Of a stretch of 64,000 nucleotides of DNA, positions 11,776 through 20,931 are shown in pieces. Positions within the stretch are counted from its first letter, which is position 1, and every line of letters begins with the position of its first letter. The stretch comes from Myxococcales bacterium. Its GTDB lineage: Bacteria > Myxococcota > Myxococcia > Myxococcales > JAKAPL01. Location of the stretch: NCBI GenBank assembly GCA_021783235.1, contig JAJXUD010000007.1, positions 10,025-74,024 on the forward strand, given 5' to 3'. Below the pieces are notes generated by a model that worked only from the letters and a program-made list of their open reading frames with translations, was not told the origin of the DNA and did no database searches. The position numbers were made by a program, and so were the translations under genes.

Positions 11776-12644
11776 TTCGCCGCCACCCACTCGCAGCCCT
11801 CGCGGTCTCGTCGCTCTTCTTCGCCTCGATGGCGTTGCTGACGCGGATCGCCTCGCACCGAGGCTACCCGGCCGACGAGCTCGTCTTCGTGCGGATGGCG
11901 GTCGGGGCCGCCGGCTGCCTGGCCCTCTGGCGAGCCGGACAGGGCTCGCTGCGGGTCACCCGCCCGGGGCTGCTCCTCGTCCGCGGCCTGCTCGGGACGG
12001 CAGCGATCCTCCTCTTTTTCTTCGCGATCGGCCGGCTCCCGGTCGGGATCGCGACGCTCCTCAACTACACGAGCCCGCTCTTCACGGCCCTCTTCGCGAT
12101 CCTCTTCCTCGGGGAGCGGCCCGGCCCCCGCCCGCTCTTCGGCCTCGCCGCGACCTTCCTCGGCCTGGCGCTCGTCGTCGGATGGCCCGCGGGCGGCTCC
12201 CGCCTCGGCGTCGCGGCGGGGCTTCTGTCGGGCGTCCTCTCCGGCGGGGCGATCACCTCGGTGCGCGCGCTGCGCCGAACCGAGCCGCCGCTGCCCATCT
12301 TCCTCGGCTTCTCCCTGATCGCGATCCTCGTCTCGGGCCCGCTCGCCGGGCCGCACGCGCGCTTGCCCCGCGGCCTCGACCTTCCGCTCGTCCTCGGCAT
12401 CGGCCTCTGCTCGCTCGCGGCACAGCTCCTCTTCACCGACGCGATGGGCCACGTCAGCGCCGTCGCCGGGGCGGTCGTCAGCCCGCTCACGCCGCTCTTC
12501 GCCTTCGCCCTGGGCGCGCTCCTGCTCGGCGAGCCGCTCAGCCCCCGGATCCTCGCGGGCAGTCTTCTCGCGCTCCTCGGGGTGGGCTACGGGAGCTCGG
12601 GCGTCGAGACGTCCGACCCCGCTCCCGCCGTCGCCGCCGGCTGA
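11772..12644 (+). CDS. EamA/DMT-family transporter
   Basis: About 10 TM helices in two EamA-like halves; 290 aa; typical RhaT/EamA-like sequence. Confidence 0.8.
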   Translation: MIRRHPLAALAVSSLFFASMALLTRIASHRGYPADELVFVRMAVGAAGCLALWRAGQGSLRVTRPGLLLVRGLLGTAAILLFFFAIGRLPVGIATLLNYTSPLFTALFAILFLGERPGPRPLFGLAATFLGLALVVGWPAGGSRLGVAAGLLSGVLSGGAITSVRALRRTEPPLPIFLGFSLIAILVSGPLAGPHARLPRGLDLPLVLGIGLCSLAAQLLFTDAMGHVSAVAGAVVSPLTPLFAFALGALLLGEPLSPRILAGSLLALLGVGYGSSGVETSDPAPAVAAG

Positions 12645-12765
12645 GAGCCTAGAGCGGCGCCGGCCCGCTTCCCCGGCTTCCGGTCGGTCGCTTCGCGTCC
12701 ATAGGTTGCCTTCGTTCGCCCCTCTTCCTCGCCGAGGCGGAGACCGGGCGACGGGAGGCAGGGCG

Positions 12766-15723
12766 ATGGGCGGGAGAGCGTTCGCGGCGCTGGCCGTGGG
12801 CCTGGCGTGGGCCTGTGTGGGCTGCCGGGCGAGGCCGGAACTTTCCGGGAGCAATGACCAGGTGCGGGTCCGGGGGCTGGACCTCGGGATGGTGCCACTC
12901 GGGACGACGGCCCGCGGCTCGATCTGGCTGAGCGCGGACGGCGCCTCGCCGCTGGTCGTCACGGCCATCGCGCCTCCGCCCGACTGCCCGTCGGGCTTCT
13001 CGGTCGACGCACCGGTGCCGCTGACGATCTCGGGCGGGAGCAGCGCCCCGATCCCGGTGGCGCTCGCCGCCACCGCGGCCGGCGACCTCGACATCCCGCT
13101 GCACCTCGCGCTGGATCCCGGCGGCGAGCTGGTAGCGCACGTCACGGCCCAGGTCGTGCCGGTGGAGCTGACCGCCCAGACGTCCTTGGCCTTCGGGGAG
13201 GTGGCGCTCGGGGCGGTGAGGAGCCTCTCGCTCGACGTCTCGAACGGCTCGCCGCTCGCGGTGGCGGCGCCGCTCGCCATCGCCGCGGGCGGTGAGTTCG
13301 AGCTGCGGGGCCTCCCCTCGAGCGGTCGGCTCCTCGTCCCCGCGAACGGGAGCGCGAGCGTCACGGTTGCATTTGCGCCGACGGTCATCGGCGGCGCCAC
13401 CGGGGAGCTCTCCATCGCGGCCTACCCGGGCGGGCCGGCGACCCAGGTGGCGCTCTCGGGCAACGGCATCGCCACCGCCGTCTCGGTGGCCCCCGCCAGC
13501 CTCGACTTCGGCGACCTGCCGCTCGGAAAGCAGAAGACTCTCGGCGTCACCGTGGGGAACGCCGGCGACATGCCGCTCTCGCTCTCCTCGGTCGCCGTCG
13601 CGGCGGGGGCCCGGGCCTTCTCCGTCTCCCCGGGCGGAGCGCTCTCGGTGCCGGCCCGCGGGACCGTCTCGCTGCAGGTGACCTTCGTGGCCGAGAGCCC
13701 CGGCCCCGCACAGGGGACGCTCCTCCTCGAGACCTCCGATCCCGACAGCCCGCGGGTCGCGGTCCCGTTGAGCGGCGCGGGCGGTGGCCCCTCGATCGCG
13801 GTTCTGCCGCCCTCGCTGGATTTCGGAGCGGTGCCCGCGGGGACGAGCCGGACGCTCGAAGTCGTCGTCGAGAACGTCGGCGACTGCGGCGCCGGCGTCT
13901 CGTCGCTCTCGGTCTCGTCGGTTCAGATCGCGGGGGGCGGCGGCGCCTTCACGGTCTCGGGCCCCGGCGCGACGAGCCTCGCCGCGGGCCAGTCGGAGAC
14001 GCTGGAGGTCACCTTCGCGGCCAGCGCATCGGCCACCGTCTCGGCGGCGCTGCAAATCGGGAGCGACGACGCGCAGTCGCCGCTCGTCTCCGTGCCGCTC
14101 ACCGGAACGGGCCACGTGCCCCTGCCTTGCCTCTGGACCGCCGCGCCCAGCCAGGTCGACTTCGGCCTGCTCGCCCCCGGGCAGTCGGCGACGCTCAGCT
14201 TCGCTCTGGGCAACGTGGGCATCGACCAGTGCGTCGTGAGCGGCCTCGGCATGGCCTCGGGCAGCTCGGCCGCCTTCCAGCTCCTCGGGCCGCAGCCGCC
14301 GCAGGTCGTCTTGAACCCGGGCGACTTCTACGACCTCTGGGTCCGCTACTCGCCGACGGCGGCCGGCGAGGACGTGGGCCAGGTGGCCTTCGGCGTCTCG
14401 AACCCAGAGGCCCCGAGTGGACAAGTGCCGCTGTTCGGCGTCTCGCGGCCTGGCTGCCTCGCCATCTCTCCGACCGATCTCCAGTTTGGCGACGTCGGCG
14501 TCTCGTGCCCCGCGCGCGGCAAGCAGGTGACGCTCTCGAACTCCTGCCAGGGGCCGGTGACCGTCGCCTCCGCGACCGTGGGCGGCGGCACCGCCCGAAG
14601 CGGCGAGTTCGCGCTCGCGCCGGCGCTCCTGCCGACGACGCTGCAAGCGGGCGCCTCGATGCTGCTCACGGTGCTCTACTCCCCGTCGCCGCAGGACCCG
14701 GATGACGACCCCGACAACGCGGCGCTCTCCATCGACGACGGCGAGGGGCAGCCGCGCACCGTCGGACTCTCGGGCATCGGCGTGCAGTCGCCGGACCAGA
14801 CCGACACCTTCACCCAGCAGGCGGCCCCCAAGGTCGACGTGCTCATGGTCATCGACAACTCGGGGAGCTTCGACGCCCAGCAGGCCGCGATGCGGGCCAA
14901 CGCGAGCGACTTCCTCCAAGCGGCGCTCGCCTCGGGCGTCGACTTCCACCTCGGCGTCACCACCACCGGCATCGAGCCCGCTACCGGGAGCTGGTCGATC
15001 TGCCCCGGTGGCGCCAACGGCGGCGAGGCCGGACGGCTCTTCCCCGTGGACGACAGCTCGCCCCGCATCCTGACGTCGCAGACGCCGAACGTCGTCGGGG
15101 ATCTCGCGAACAACGTGGTGGTCGGCACCTGCCACTGGGACGAGCAGCCGTTCCAGGCGGCGGTCGACGCGCTGACGCCGCCGCTGTCGACCTCGGCGAA
15201 GGACCCCGGCTCGCCCTGGCCGGCCGACGGCAACCTCGGCTTCCTCCGGGACGACGCGCTCTTGAACATCATCTTCATCCAGGACGACGACGATGAGTCG
15301 CAGGTGCCGGTCGACCACTTCACCTCGATCCTCAAGGAGGTGAAGGGGGCGGGCAACGAGTGGATGATCACGGCCTCGGCGGTGACCGCGGTCCAGGGCT
15401 GCAACAATCCCCAGGATCTCGGCGTCCGATACTTCCAGCTCGTCGGCGAGATGGGGGGGCAGATCTTCTCGGTCTGCACGCAGGACTGGGGCGGGCTCCT
15501 CGGGCAGCTCGGCGCCCAGGCCTTCAGCCTGAGGCTGCGCTTCCCGCTCTCGGGGACGCCGCTCGCCCCCGGCCAGATCCAGGTGGCGGTGGGAGGTCAG
15601 GCGGTGCCGGCGGGAGCGGCCTGGAGCTACGACGCGAAGACGAACGAGGTGGTCTTCTCGCCGGGCTCGGCGCCGCCAGGAGGTAGCCAGGTTCAGATCA
15701 GCTACGCGGTCGCCTGTCCATGA
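12766..15723 (+). CDS. Large lipoprotein: six ASH/choice-of-anchor-D-like beta-sandwich modules plus a C-terminal vWA domain with an intact MIDAS
   Basis: GGGAGG lies 7 nt upstream of ATG 12766. Lipobox AWACVGC. Six repeats of the (L/V)DFG-x-V/L-x-x-G module signature. Contains VDVLMVIDNSGSFD (DxSxS at 14854..14868), FHLGVTTT and NIIFIQDDDDES. Paralog of 20932..24027. Confidence 0.82.
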   Translation: MGGRAFAALAVGLAWACVGCRARPELSGSNDQVRVRGLDLGMVPLGTTARGSIWLSADGASPLVVTAIAPPPDCPSGFSVDAPVPLTISGGSSAPIPVALAATAAGDLDIPLHLALDPGGELVAHVTAQVVPVELTAQTSLAFGEVALGAVRSLSLDVSNGSPLAVAAPLAIAAGGEFELRGLPSSGRLLVPANGSASVTVAFAPTVIGGATGELSIAAYPGGPATQVALSGNGIATAVSVAPASLDFGDLPLGKQKTLGVTVGNAGDMPLSLSSVAVAAGARAFSVSPGGALSVPARGTVSLQVTFVAESPGPAQGTLLLETSDPDSPRVAVPLSGAGGGPSIAVLPPSLDFGAVPAGTSRTLEVVVENVGDCGAGVSSLSVSSVQIAGGGGAFTVSGPGATSLAAGQSETLEVTFAASASATVSAALQIGSDDAQSPLVSVPLTGTGHVPLPCLWTAAPSQVDFGLLAPGQSATLSFALGNVGIDQCVVSGLGMASGSSAAFQLLGPQPPQVVLNPGDFYDLWVRYSPTAAGEDVGQVAFGVSNPEAPSGQVPLFGVSRPGCLAISPTDLQFGDVGVSCPARGKQVTLSNSCQGPVTVASATVGGGTARSGEFALAPALLPTTLQAGASMLLTVLYSPSPQDPDDDPDNAALSIDDGEGQPRTVGLSGIGVQSPDQTDTFTQQAAPKVDVLMVIDNSGSFDAQQAAMRANASDFLQAALASGVDFHLGVTTTGIEPATGSWSICPGGANGGEAGRLFPVDDSSPRILTSQTPNVVGDLANNVVVGTCHWDEQPFQAAVDALTPPLSTSAKDPGSPWPADGNLGFLRDDALLNIIFIQDDDDESQVPVDHFTSILKEVKGAGNEWMITASAVTAVQGCNNPQDLGVRYFQLVGEMGGQIFSVCTQDWGGLLGQLGAQAFSLRLRFPLSGTPLAPGQIQVAVGGQAVPAGAAWSYDAKTNEVVFSPGSAPPGGSQVQISYAVACP

Positions 15724-17030
15724 GCCGGACGGTTGCCAGCCTCGTGGCCCTGGCCCTGGCCGGCTGCGGTGGCCAGGCTCTGCCGAGAGCGCTCTTCTCG
15801 CCGGACGCCGGCAACTCGATCGTGCTGCCGGGCGGCGGGACGACGGCCGGCCCCGCCTGGAAGGCGACGGCCGGGGTCTGGCCCGCGGGGGCGAGCGGGA
15901 TCCCGATGGGCAGCCTCACGGGCAGTGGCCTCGCATCCGGCGGGAGCACGGGTGGCGGCAGCACGGGAACGGCGCCGGCGAGCGGGGGATCGGTCGGCGG
16001 TGATCTGAACCCGGGCAGCGCGCCCTGCGCGGCGCTCCTGCCGGCGCGCGTGCCCGCGCCGGTGACCGTGACGATCTCGAAGCCCGACCAGACGCTCCGC
16101 TGCCTGCCGACACCGGGGACGGACGACGGTCCCGGGACGCTCGCGGTGGGCGAGCTGCCCTCGGTTGGCAAGACCCGGTGGAAGTTCTGGTCGCTCGCGA
16201 CGGGGGCTCTGCTCACGCTCGCGACCGAGAGCTCGGTGAACCTCCCCACCCTCTGGGCCCAGCCCTCGGGCTTCGCGGGACTGACGCTGGACACGGCCTC
16301 GGGGACACAGCTCCTCCGCAGCTACTCGCACGCGGGGCAGCTCGTCTCGAGCGTGCTCGTGCAGAGCGACCCGTCGGGCAGCGCGGCGGGCGCGGGGCTG
16401 CCCGCTGGCGGCGCCGTCGTGATCCGCGGCGTCTTCGCGGCTGGAAGCTGCGAGCTGCGCTACGAGCGCTACGATTCGGTCGGCTCGGCGGCGATCGAGG
16501 AGACCACCGTCGCCGCGGGCCTCGCGCCGCACTCGGGCACGTTGCGTTGCCCGGCGCCGCCCTATTGGCTCTCCCTGTCGGGCGACGCGCTGGTCTTCTT
16601 CGCGCCGGGAGGGGTCCCGAGCGCCGAGTGGGTCGCGCCCGACGGCTCGGTCGCGGTGCCGCCGTTCGAGGTTCCGGCCATCCCCGCTGCCATGGCGGCG
16701 CTCTCCGACGGGTCGCTGGTCGCGAAGGAACCGACGGCCGGCGGGACCGCCTTCTGGCAGCGGAGCTGGCACGACCGCTGGTCGAGCCCGTCGGCGCTGC
16801 CCGACTGGATCGCCAAGGCGCAGCCGCAGGCGATCGCCCCGATCCACGGCGGGCAGGGCTACCTCGCGACCTTCCCCGATCCGGAAGAGAGCGAGCTCTT
16901 CTCGGCCGACGGCACCGCGTGCGGCCCCGCCGGCATACCCGCGGCGGTGGTGGGGCGGGACGGATCGGCCGTGCGGCAGGAGGGGAGCTGCGTCTACGCC
17001 TGGTGGCCGCAGCTCTTCCCAACCCGCTGA
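15720..17030 (+). CDS. Lipoprotein, hypothetical (436 aa)
   Basis: ATGA overlap with the upstream gene. Lipobox LALAGCGG, then a Gly/Ser/Thr linker. No recognisable domain. Confidence 0.65.
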   Translation: MSRTVASLVALALAGCGGQALPRALFSPDAGNSIVLPGGGTTAGPAWKATAGVWPAGASGIPMGSLTGSGLASGGSTGGGSTGTAPASGGSVGGDLNPGSAPCAALLPARVPAPVTVTISKPDQTLRCLPTPGTDDGPGTLAVGELPSVGKTRWKFWSLATGALLTLATESSVNLPTLWAQPSGFAGLTLDTASGTQLLRSYSHAGQLVSSVLVQSDPSGSAAGAGLPAGGAVVIRGVFAAGSCELRYERYDSVGSAAIEETTVAAGLAPHSGTLRCPAPPYWLSLSGDALVFFAPGGVPSAEWVAPDGSVAVPPFEVPAIPAAMAALSDGSLVAKEPTAGGTAFWQRSWHDRWSSPSALPDWIAKAQPQAIAPIHGGQGYLATFPDPEESELFSADGTACGPAGIPAAVVGRDGSAVRQEGSCVYAWWPQLFPTR

Positions 17031-17042
17031 ACGGTGCCTAAA

Positions 17043-17084
17043 GCCGAGCGAACGAGGCAAAGCCCGGGTCTACTTCGACTCGGC
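17043..17084 (-). terminator. Imperfect hairpin downstream of the TRL-like gene (candidate terminator)
   Basis: gccgagcgaa ... ttcg(a)ctcggc: 10-bp stem with one bulge and a 21-nt loop. On the minus strand it is followed by UUU. Lies between convergent genes. Confidence 0.25.
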
Positions 17085-17104
17085 GTCTGCCGGCGGCGCG
17101 AGGG

Positions 17105-17485
17105 CTACTTGGCGACTCGGCCCTCGAGCTCCGTGCAGTTCGTCGCATAGAGGCCGAGGACGTTGAAGCGCTTGCTGTCGACCCGGACATCGAAGAGCGA
17201 CGACCCGCCGGAGGTCTCGAGCGCTCGGTTGTAAGCGTCGTTGTAGCCGCCCGCGCCCCAGGTGATGAGGCCGAAGAGGCTCGTGATGCAGGCCTCGCCG
17301 TGCGCGACGGTGCCACCCGGGGGGGGTGGGGTCGTCGGGCTGAAGTACGAGGCTGGGACGGTGATGTCGCTGACGATTCCACCGGCTCCGGGGTTGCCCA
17401 GCCCGGAGACGGCGACACCGGCGAAGCAGCCGGTGCCGAGGACGGACGAGGCGGCGGCGAACGAGATGATGATGAGGCGGCGCAT
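17105..17485 (-). CDS. TRL-like family lipoprotein
   Basis: Lipobox SSVLGTGC. Pattern G.A....LFGLITWG....A......GG..LFDV.VD.K.FNVLGLY....T.L.G matches the TRL-like family by eye. Confidence 0.72.
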   Translation of the reverse strand: MRRLIIISFAAASSVLGTGCFAGVAVSGLGNPGAGGIVSDITVPASYFSPTTPPPPGGTVAHGEACITSLFGLITWGAGGYNDAYNRALETSGGSSLFDVRVDSKRFNVLGLYATNCTELEGRVAK

Positions 17486-17542
17486 GGTTTCCTCCCTTCA
17501 GAATGGAGGGACCGAAGTGCCAGATCCTCGAGCGATCGTCAA

Positions 17543-19060
17543 TCAGCCGCGGCGGCGTCTGCGGCGGCGCTCGGAGAGGGCCATCGCGCCTCCGAGGCCG
17601 AGGAGTAGCGAGCTGCCGCCCGCGCAGCCGCCAGGGCTTCCCGAGCTGCTGACCTGACAGAGGTTGAAGCTCTGGCCGCCGGACGATTGGGGGACGCAAT
17701 TCCCCTGGCTGCACGTCGCGCCGGTGGCGCACTGGAAGCCCTCGGCGCAGGGCTGTCCCGCGCCCGGCAGCGGCGCGCAGCTTCCCAGCACGCCGGCATC
17801 GGCCCCCAGGCACCATTGCTGCGGGCTGGGCCCCAGAAGGGAGCCTCCGCTCGGGGTGCACGAGAGGTCGCTGATGCAGGGGCCGCCGTCGCCGGAGGGC
17901 GGGGCACAGACCGTCCCTCCGTCCGAGAGCGGCTCGCACCAGCCCTGGAAGCACGACTGGCTGCTCGACGCGACGCAGCCGGCCCGTCCGACGACCAGGG
18001 CCGGGACGCAGCTGCCGCCGACGCCGCAGTAGAGGTACGGGGCCCCACACTCGGAGTCCGCGCCGCAGCTCGTCCCGTTGACGCCGAGGGCGACGCAGCC
18101 CAGGCCACCATCCGCAAGGAAGCCGCAGCTGAGGCAGCTCTGGCAGTCCGCGGCGCTCTGGCAGGGATCGCCCGGGCCGCCGTCTCCCGGTCCGCCCGAG
18201 CTGCTGCCGCTCGCGCTGCAGGTCGGCGGCGATCCGCCGCAGCTTCCGCTCTGGGCGCACTCGTCGCCCATGGCACAGCTCGCGCCGATGGGGACGAGCG
18301 GCTGGCAGACGCCGCTGCCGCCGTCGCTCGCGCAGACGCCTTTGCAGAAGAGACCGCTCGCGCAATCGAAGTCGACCGTGCAGCTTTCGCCCTGGCGCAG
18401 CTGCCCCTGCACGATCCTGAAGCAGGGGCCGGAGCCGCCGTCCGTGCCGATCGTCTGGGCGACCCAGGCGGGCGGCGCGGCCCCCGCATCCAGGCTGAGA
18501 AGGTCGCCCAGGTAGCCGCTGGCGGTCATTCCCTGCGCGCAGCTTGCCGCGGCGGCCGCGTCCCACGAGAGCCGACCGGCCGCGAGCGAAGCCGAGAGCG
18601 CCCGGGCGACCGTGGAGGGCAGGCTCGACGGGTCGGAGCAGGCCGAGGGCCCGAGACCCTGGGGCCAGCCGCCGGCGGGCTCGGAGAGCGTGACGAGCTC
18701 GGCCTGCGCCGCCTGCGTCTCTGCCTGGAGGACGAGCGTCTCGTCGGCGCTCGGGGTCGGGCAGTGAGCTCCGGTCGGCGGTGTCCGCTGCGCGAGGCTC
18801 ACCAGATCGCCGTAGCGGGCGAGCCCTTGCCAGACGAAGTCGCAGAGCTCGGCCTGCGTCGGAGGGCCGCCGCTCGATGAGCCGGTCGTTCCCGAACCTC
18901 CGCCCGAGGAGCCGCCGCCCGTCGTCCCACCGCCGGAGCTCCCGCCGCTCGTGGCGCCCGGGCCGGCTGCGCCTCCCCCGTCCCCCCCGGCGGCTGGCGT
19001 GGCGCAGCAGGCGCCGGCGAGCAGCGTGGAGAGAGCGGCGGCGAAAAGCTCCTTGCCCAT
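17543..19060 (-). CDS. Cys-rich (Dickkopf-N-like repeats) lipoprotein with a MYXO-CTERM-type tail
   Basis: Lipobox LLAGAC and a Gly/Ser/Thr tether. Repeated G-x-x-C-x(4-6)-C-x-x-G/S-x-x-C units. C-terminus SPGGCAGGSSLLLGLGGAMALSERRRRRRRG. Confidence 0.82.
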   Translation of the reverse strand: MGKELFAAALSTLLAGACCATPAAGGDGGGAAGPGATSGGSSGGGTTGGGSSGGGSGTTGSSSGGPPTQAELCDFVWQGLARYGDLVSLAQRTPPTGAHCPTPSADETLVLQAETQAAQAELVTLSEPAGGWPQGLGPSACSDPSSLPSTVARALSASLAAGRLSWDAAAAASCAQGMTASGYLGDLLSLDAGAAPPAWVAQTIGTDGGSGPCFRIVQGQLRQGESCTVDFDCASGLFCKGVCASDGGSGVCQPLVPIGASCAMGDECAQSGSCGGSPPTCSASGSSSGGPGDGGPGDPCQSAADCQSCLSCGFLADGGLGCVALGVNGTSCGADSECGAPYLYCGVGGSCVPALVVGRAGCVASSSQSCFQGWCEPLSDGGTVCAPPSGDGGPCISDLSCTPSGGSLLGPSPQQWCLGADAGVLGSCAPLPGAGQPCAEGFQCATGATCSQGNCVPQSSGGQSFNLCQVSSSGSPGGCAGGSSLLLGLGGAMALSERRRRRRRG

Positions 19061-19078
19061 GGCGTCTCCCTTCGTCGA

Positions 19079-20794
19079 TCAGGCGCGCTTGCGGCGGCGC
19101 AGCAGCACGAGCGCGCCGCCGAGCCCCAGGTAGAGCGAGAGGAGCGGTCCCTGGCAGCCGCTCGTCCCGGAGCCGGAGGCGAGGCAGGGGCTCTCGCAGA
19201 AACCAGCCTGGCAGAGCCCACTCAGGCATTCGCTCGCCGCGGCGCAGCTGGCGCCGCCGGGCTTTTGGGCGGCGCAGAGGGCCGAGGTCGCGAGGCAGTA
19301 GGCGCCCTCGGCGCAGAGCCCGGTGCGGGAGCAGGGTTCTCCCACGCTGGGCAGCGGCGCGCAGGTCGACAGGGCTCCCGTGAGGCTCACCTCGCAGTAG
19401 CTGCCCTGCGCGCACTGCCCTTGCGGCGTGCAGCCGGCGTCGGGTCCGGGCAGTGGCGTGCAGCTCCCGCTCGCGGCGCCATTCGTGCCGACGGGGAGCT
19501 GGCACCAGTCCCCCGGGTCGGCGCAGGTCGGGCTCAGCCACGGCGCGCTCCCGCACGGTTGACCCCGTGTGGGGAACGGGAGGCATTCGCCCGGTACGCT
19601 GGTCCCGGCGTCCTGGGCACAGAAGAGCTCCGGGGAGGCGCAGCCACGCCCCTGCAGGCAGGGCCCGCCGGCGCCGGAGAGCGGTAGGCAGGATCCCGTC
19701 GAGGAGCTCGGCGAGGTGGGCTCGCACCAGCCCCCCAGGCAGGAGAACGGACTCGCGGTCGGGCAGAGGGCGCCGGGCAGCAGCGCGGCCGCGCAGTGGT
19801 CGGCCGAGCAGAACTGGAGGGGGAGCGCGCAGTCGCCGTCCGCGGCGCAGAGCGCGCCGATGGCGGGGGGGAGGGTGCAGAAGGTCCCGCCGCCATCGCG
19901 GGGCGAGCAGGAGAGGCAGCTCTCGCAGTCTGCGGCGCTCTGGCATGGGGCCCCCGGGGCGCTCGCGCCGGAGGGGACGCCCGCGTCGGGGCTGCCGCCG
20001 CAGCGGCCGGAGAAGCAGGCGAGGCCTGCCGCGCAGAGGTCGAGCGGCCCGCACGGGCTGCCGGGAGGGACGGGCGGGGCGCAGACGCCACCGCAGCCGC
20101 CGTCGCCAGGCGAGCGGCAGTAGAGGCCGGCGACGCAGTCTGGCCCGATGGTGCAGCCGCCGCCCGTGGCGACGCGGCCGACGAGGATCCGCGAGCAGAC
20201 GCCGCCGCCGTCGGGGAGTAACGCCGCCTCCCCCGGAAGGAGCCCGGCGTCTGGAAGGAGCGCGCCGAGGAGCTCGCCGCTCGCCCCGACGGCCGCGAGG
20301 CAGCTCTGGTTGGCCGCGGCGTTCCAGCCGATCCGGCCCGCGTCGAGCGAGGCGGCGAGCTGGGCGGGCAGCCCGCCGAGCGCGCTGGTCGGGTCGTCGC
20401 AGATCGCCGGCCCCGAGCCGTCGGGCCAGCCGCCGTCCGGCGGCGAGAGCGTCAGGAGCGCCGGCGCCGCGGCAGCGAGCTGCGCCTGCAGGTAGGCGCG
20501 CTGGGCCGGAGTCGGCGCCGGGCAGAACGGGCCTTGCGCCAGTGAGACGCCCGAGGCCGCGGAGAGGTCGAAGAGCAGCGCGGCTCGGCGCTCGCCGGCC
20601 CAGAGCCGGAGGCAGAGCTGCTTGGCATCGGGCGGGCCGGCGTCCGCGAGCGGGGGGAAGACGAAGGCGCCGGAGGAGCCGCCGCTCGATCCCCCACCAC
20701 CGCCCCCAGTGGTTTGGCCGCCGCCATCCGGCCCCGCGGCAGGGCCACAGCCCGCGAGCAGAGTGAACCAGAGGAGAAAGCGGCTGGAGCGCAG
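19079..20794 (-). CDS. Cys-rich lipoprotein with a MYXO-CTERM-type tail, paralog of 17543..19060; apparent CTG start; only its last 103 codons are in the ORF track
   Basis: I checked every codon of this minus frame from 20929 down to 19079. There is no stop, and no ATG/GTG/TTG upstream of 19390. N-terminus (L)RSSRFLLWFTLLAGCGP carries a lipobox. GGGAGG lies 6 nt upstream of CTG 20794..20792. C-terminus GTSGCQGPLLSLYLGLGGALVLLRRRKRA. Confidence 0.72.
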   Translation of the reverse strand: MRSSRFLLWFTLLAGCGPAAGPDGGGQTTGGGGGGSSGGSSGAFVFPPLADAGPPDAKQLCLRLWAGERRAALLFDLSAASGVSLAQGPFCPAPTPAQRAYLQAQLAAAAPALLTLSPPDGGWPDGSGPAICDDPTSALGGLPAQLAASLDAGRIGWNAAANQSCLAAVGASGELLGALLPDAGLLPGEAALLPDGGGVCSRILVGRVATGGGCTIGPDCVAGLYCRSPGDGGCGGVCAPPVPPGSPCGPLDLCAAGLACFSGRCGGSPDAGVPSGASAPGAPCQSAADCESCLSCSPRDGGGTFCTLPPAIGALCAADGDCALPLQFCSADHCAAALLPGALCPTASPFSCLGGWCEPTSPSSSTGSCLPLSGAGGPCLQGRGCASPELFCAQDAGTSVPGECLPFPTRGQPCGSAPWLSPTCADPGDWCQLPVGTNGAASGSCTPLPGPDAGCTPQGQCAQGSYCEVSLTGALSTCAPLPSVGEPCSRTGLCAEGAYCLATSALCAAQKPGGASCAAASECLSGLCQAGFCESPCLASGSGTSGCQGPLLSLYLGLGGALVLLRRRKRA

Positions 20795-20811
20795 GTGGAG
20801 CCTCCCACCTT

Positions 20812-20841
20812 CGGATAGCGGGGGGAGGGCGCGGCTGTCAA
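20812..20841 (-). promoter_or_regulatory. Candidate promoter of the minus-strand Cys-rich/TRL operon (TTGACA-N18-TATCCG)
   Basis: Read on the minus strand: TTGACA (20841..20836), 18-nt spacer, TATCCG (20817..20812), then a short leader containing GGGAGG. Confidence 0.35.
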
Positions 20842-20872
20842 CTCGTTGCCCGGCGGCCGGCAGCCCTTCGTC

Positions 20873-20902
20873 TTGACCGGCCGTTTGGCTGGTCTGTATG
20901 CT
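20873..20902 (+). promoter_or_regulatory. Candidate promoter of 20932..24027 (TTGACC-N18-TATGCT)
   Basis: TTGACC at 20873..20878, 18-nt spacer, TATGCT at 20897..20902, 29 nt before the ATG. Confidence 0.4.
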
Positions 20903-20931
20903 GCCATCCTGTCCATAGATCGGGGTTTTTC

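Noticed and set aside
17491-17509. Possible SD-sequestering hairpin upstream of the TRL-like gene (CCTCC-N9-GGAGG)
   Set aside because: Only a 5-bp stem. That is too short to distinguish from chance in GC-rich DNA, and there is no further supporting structure.
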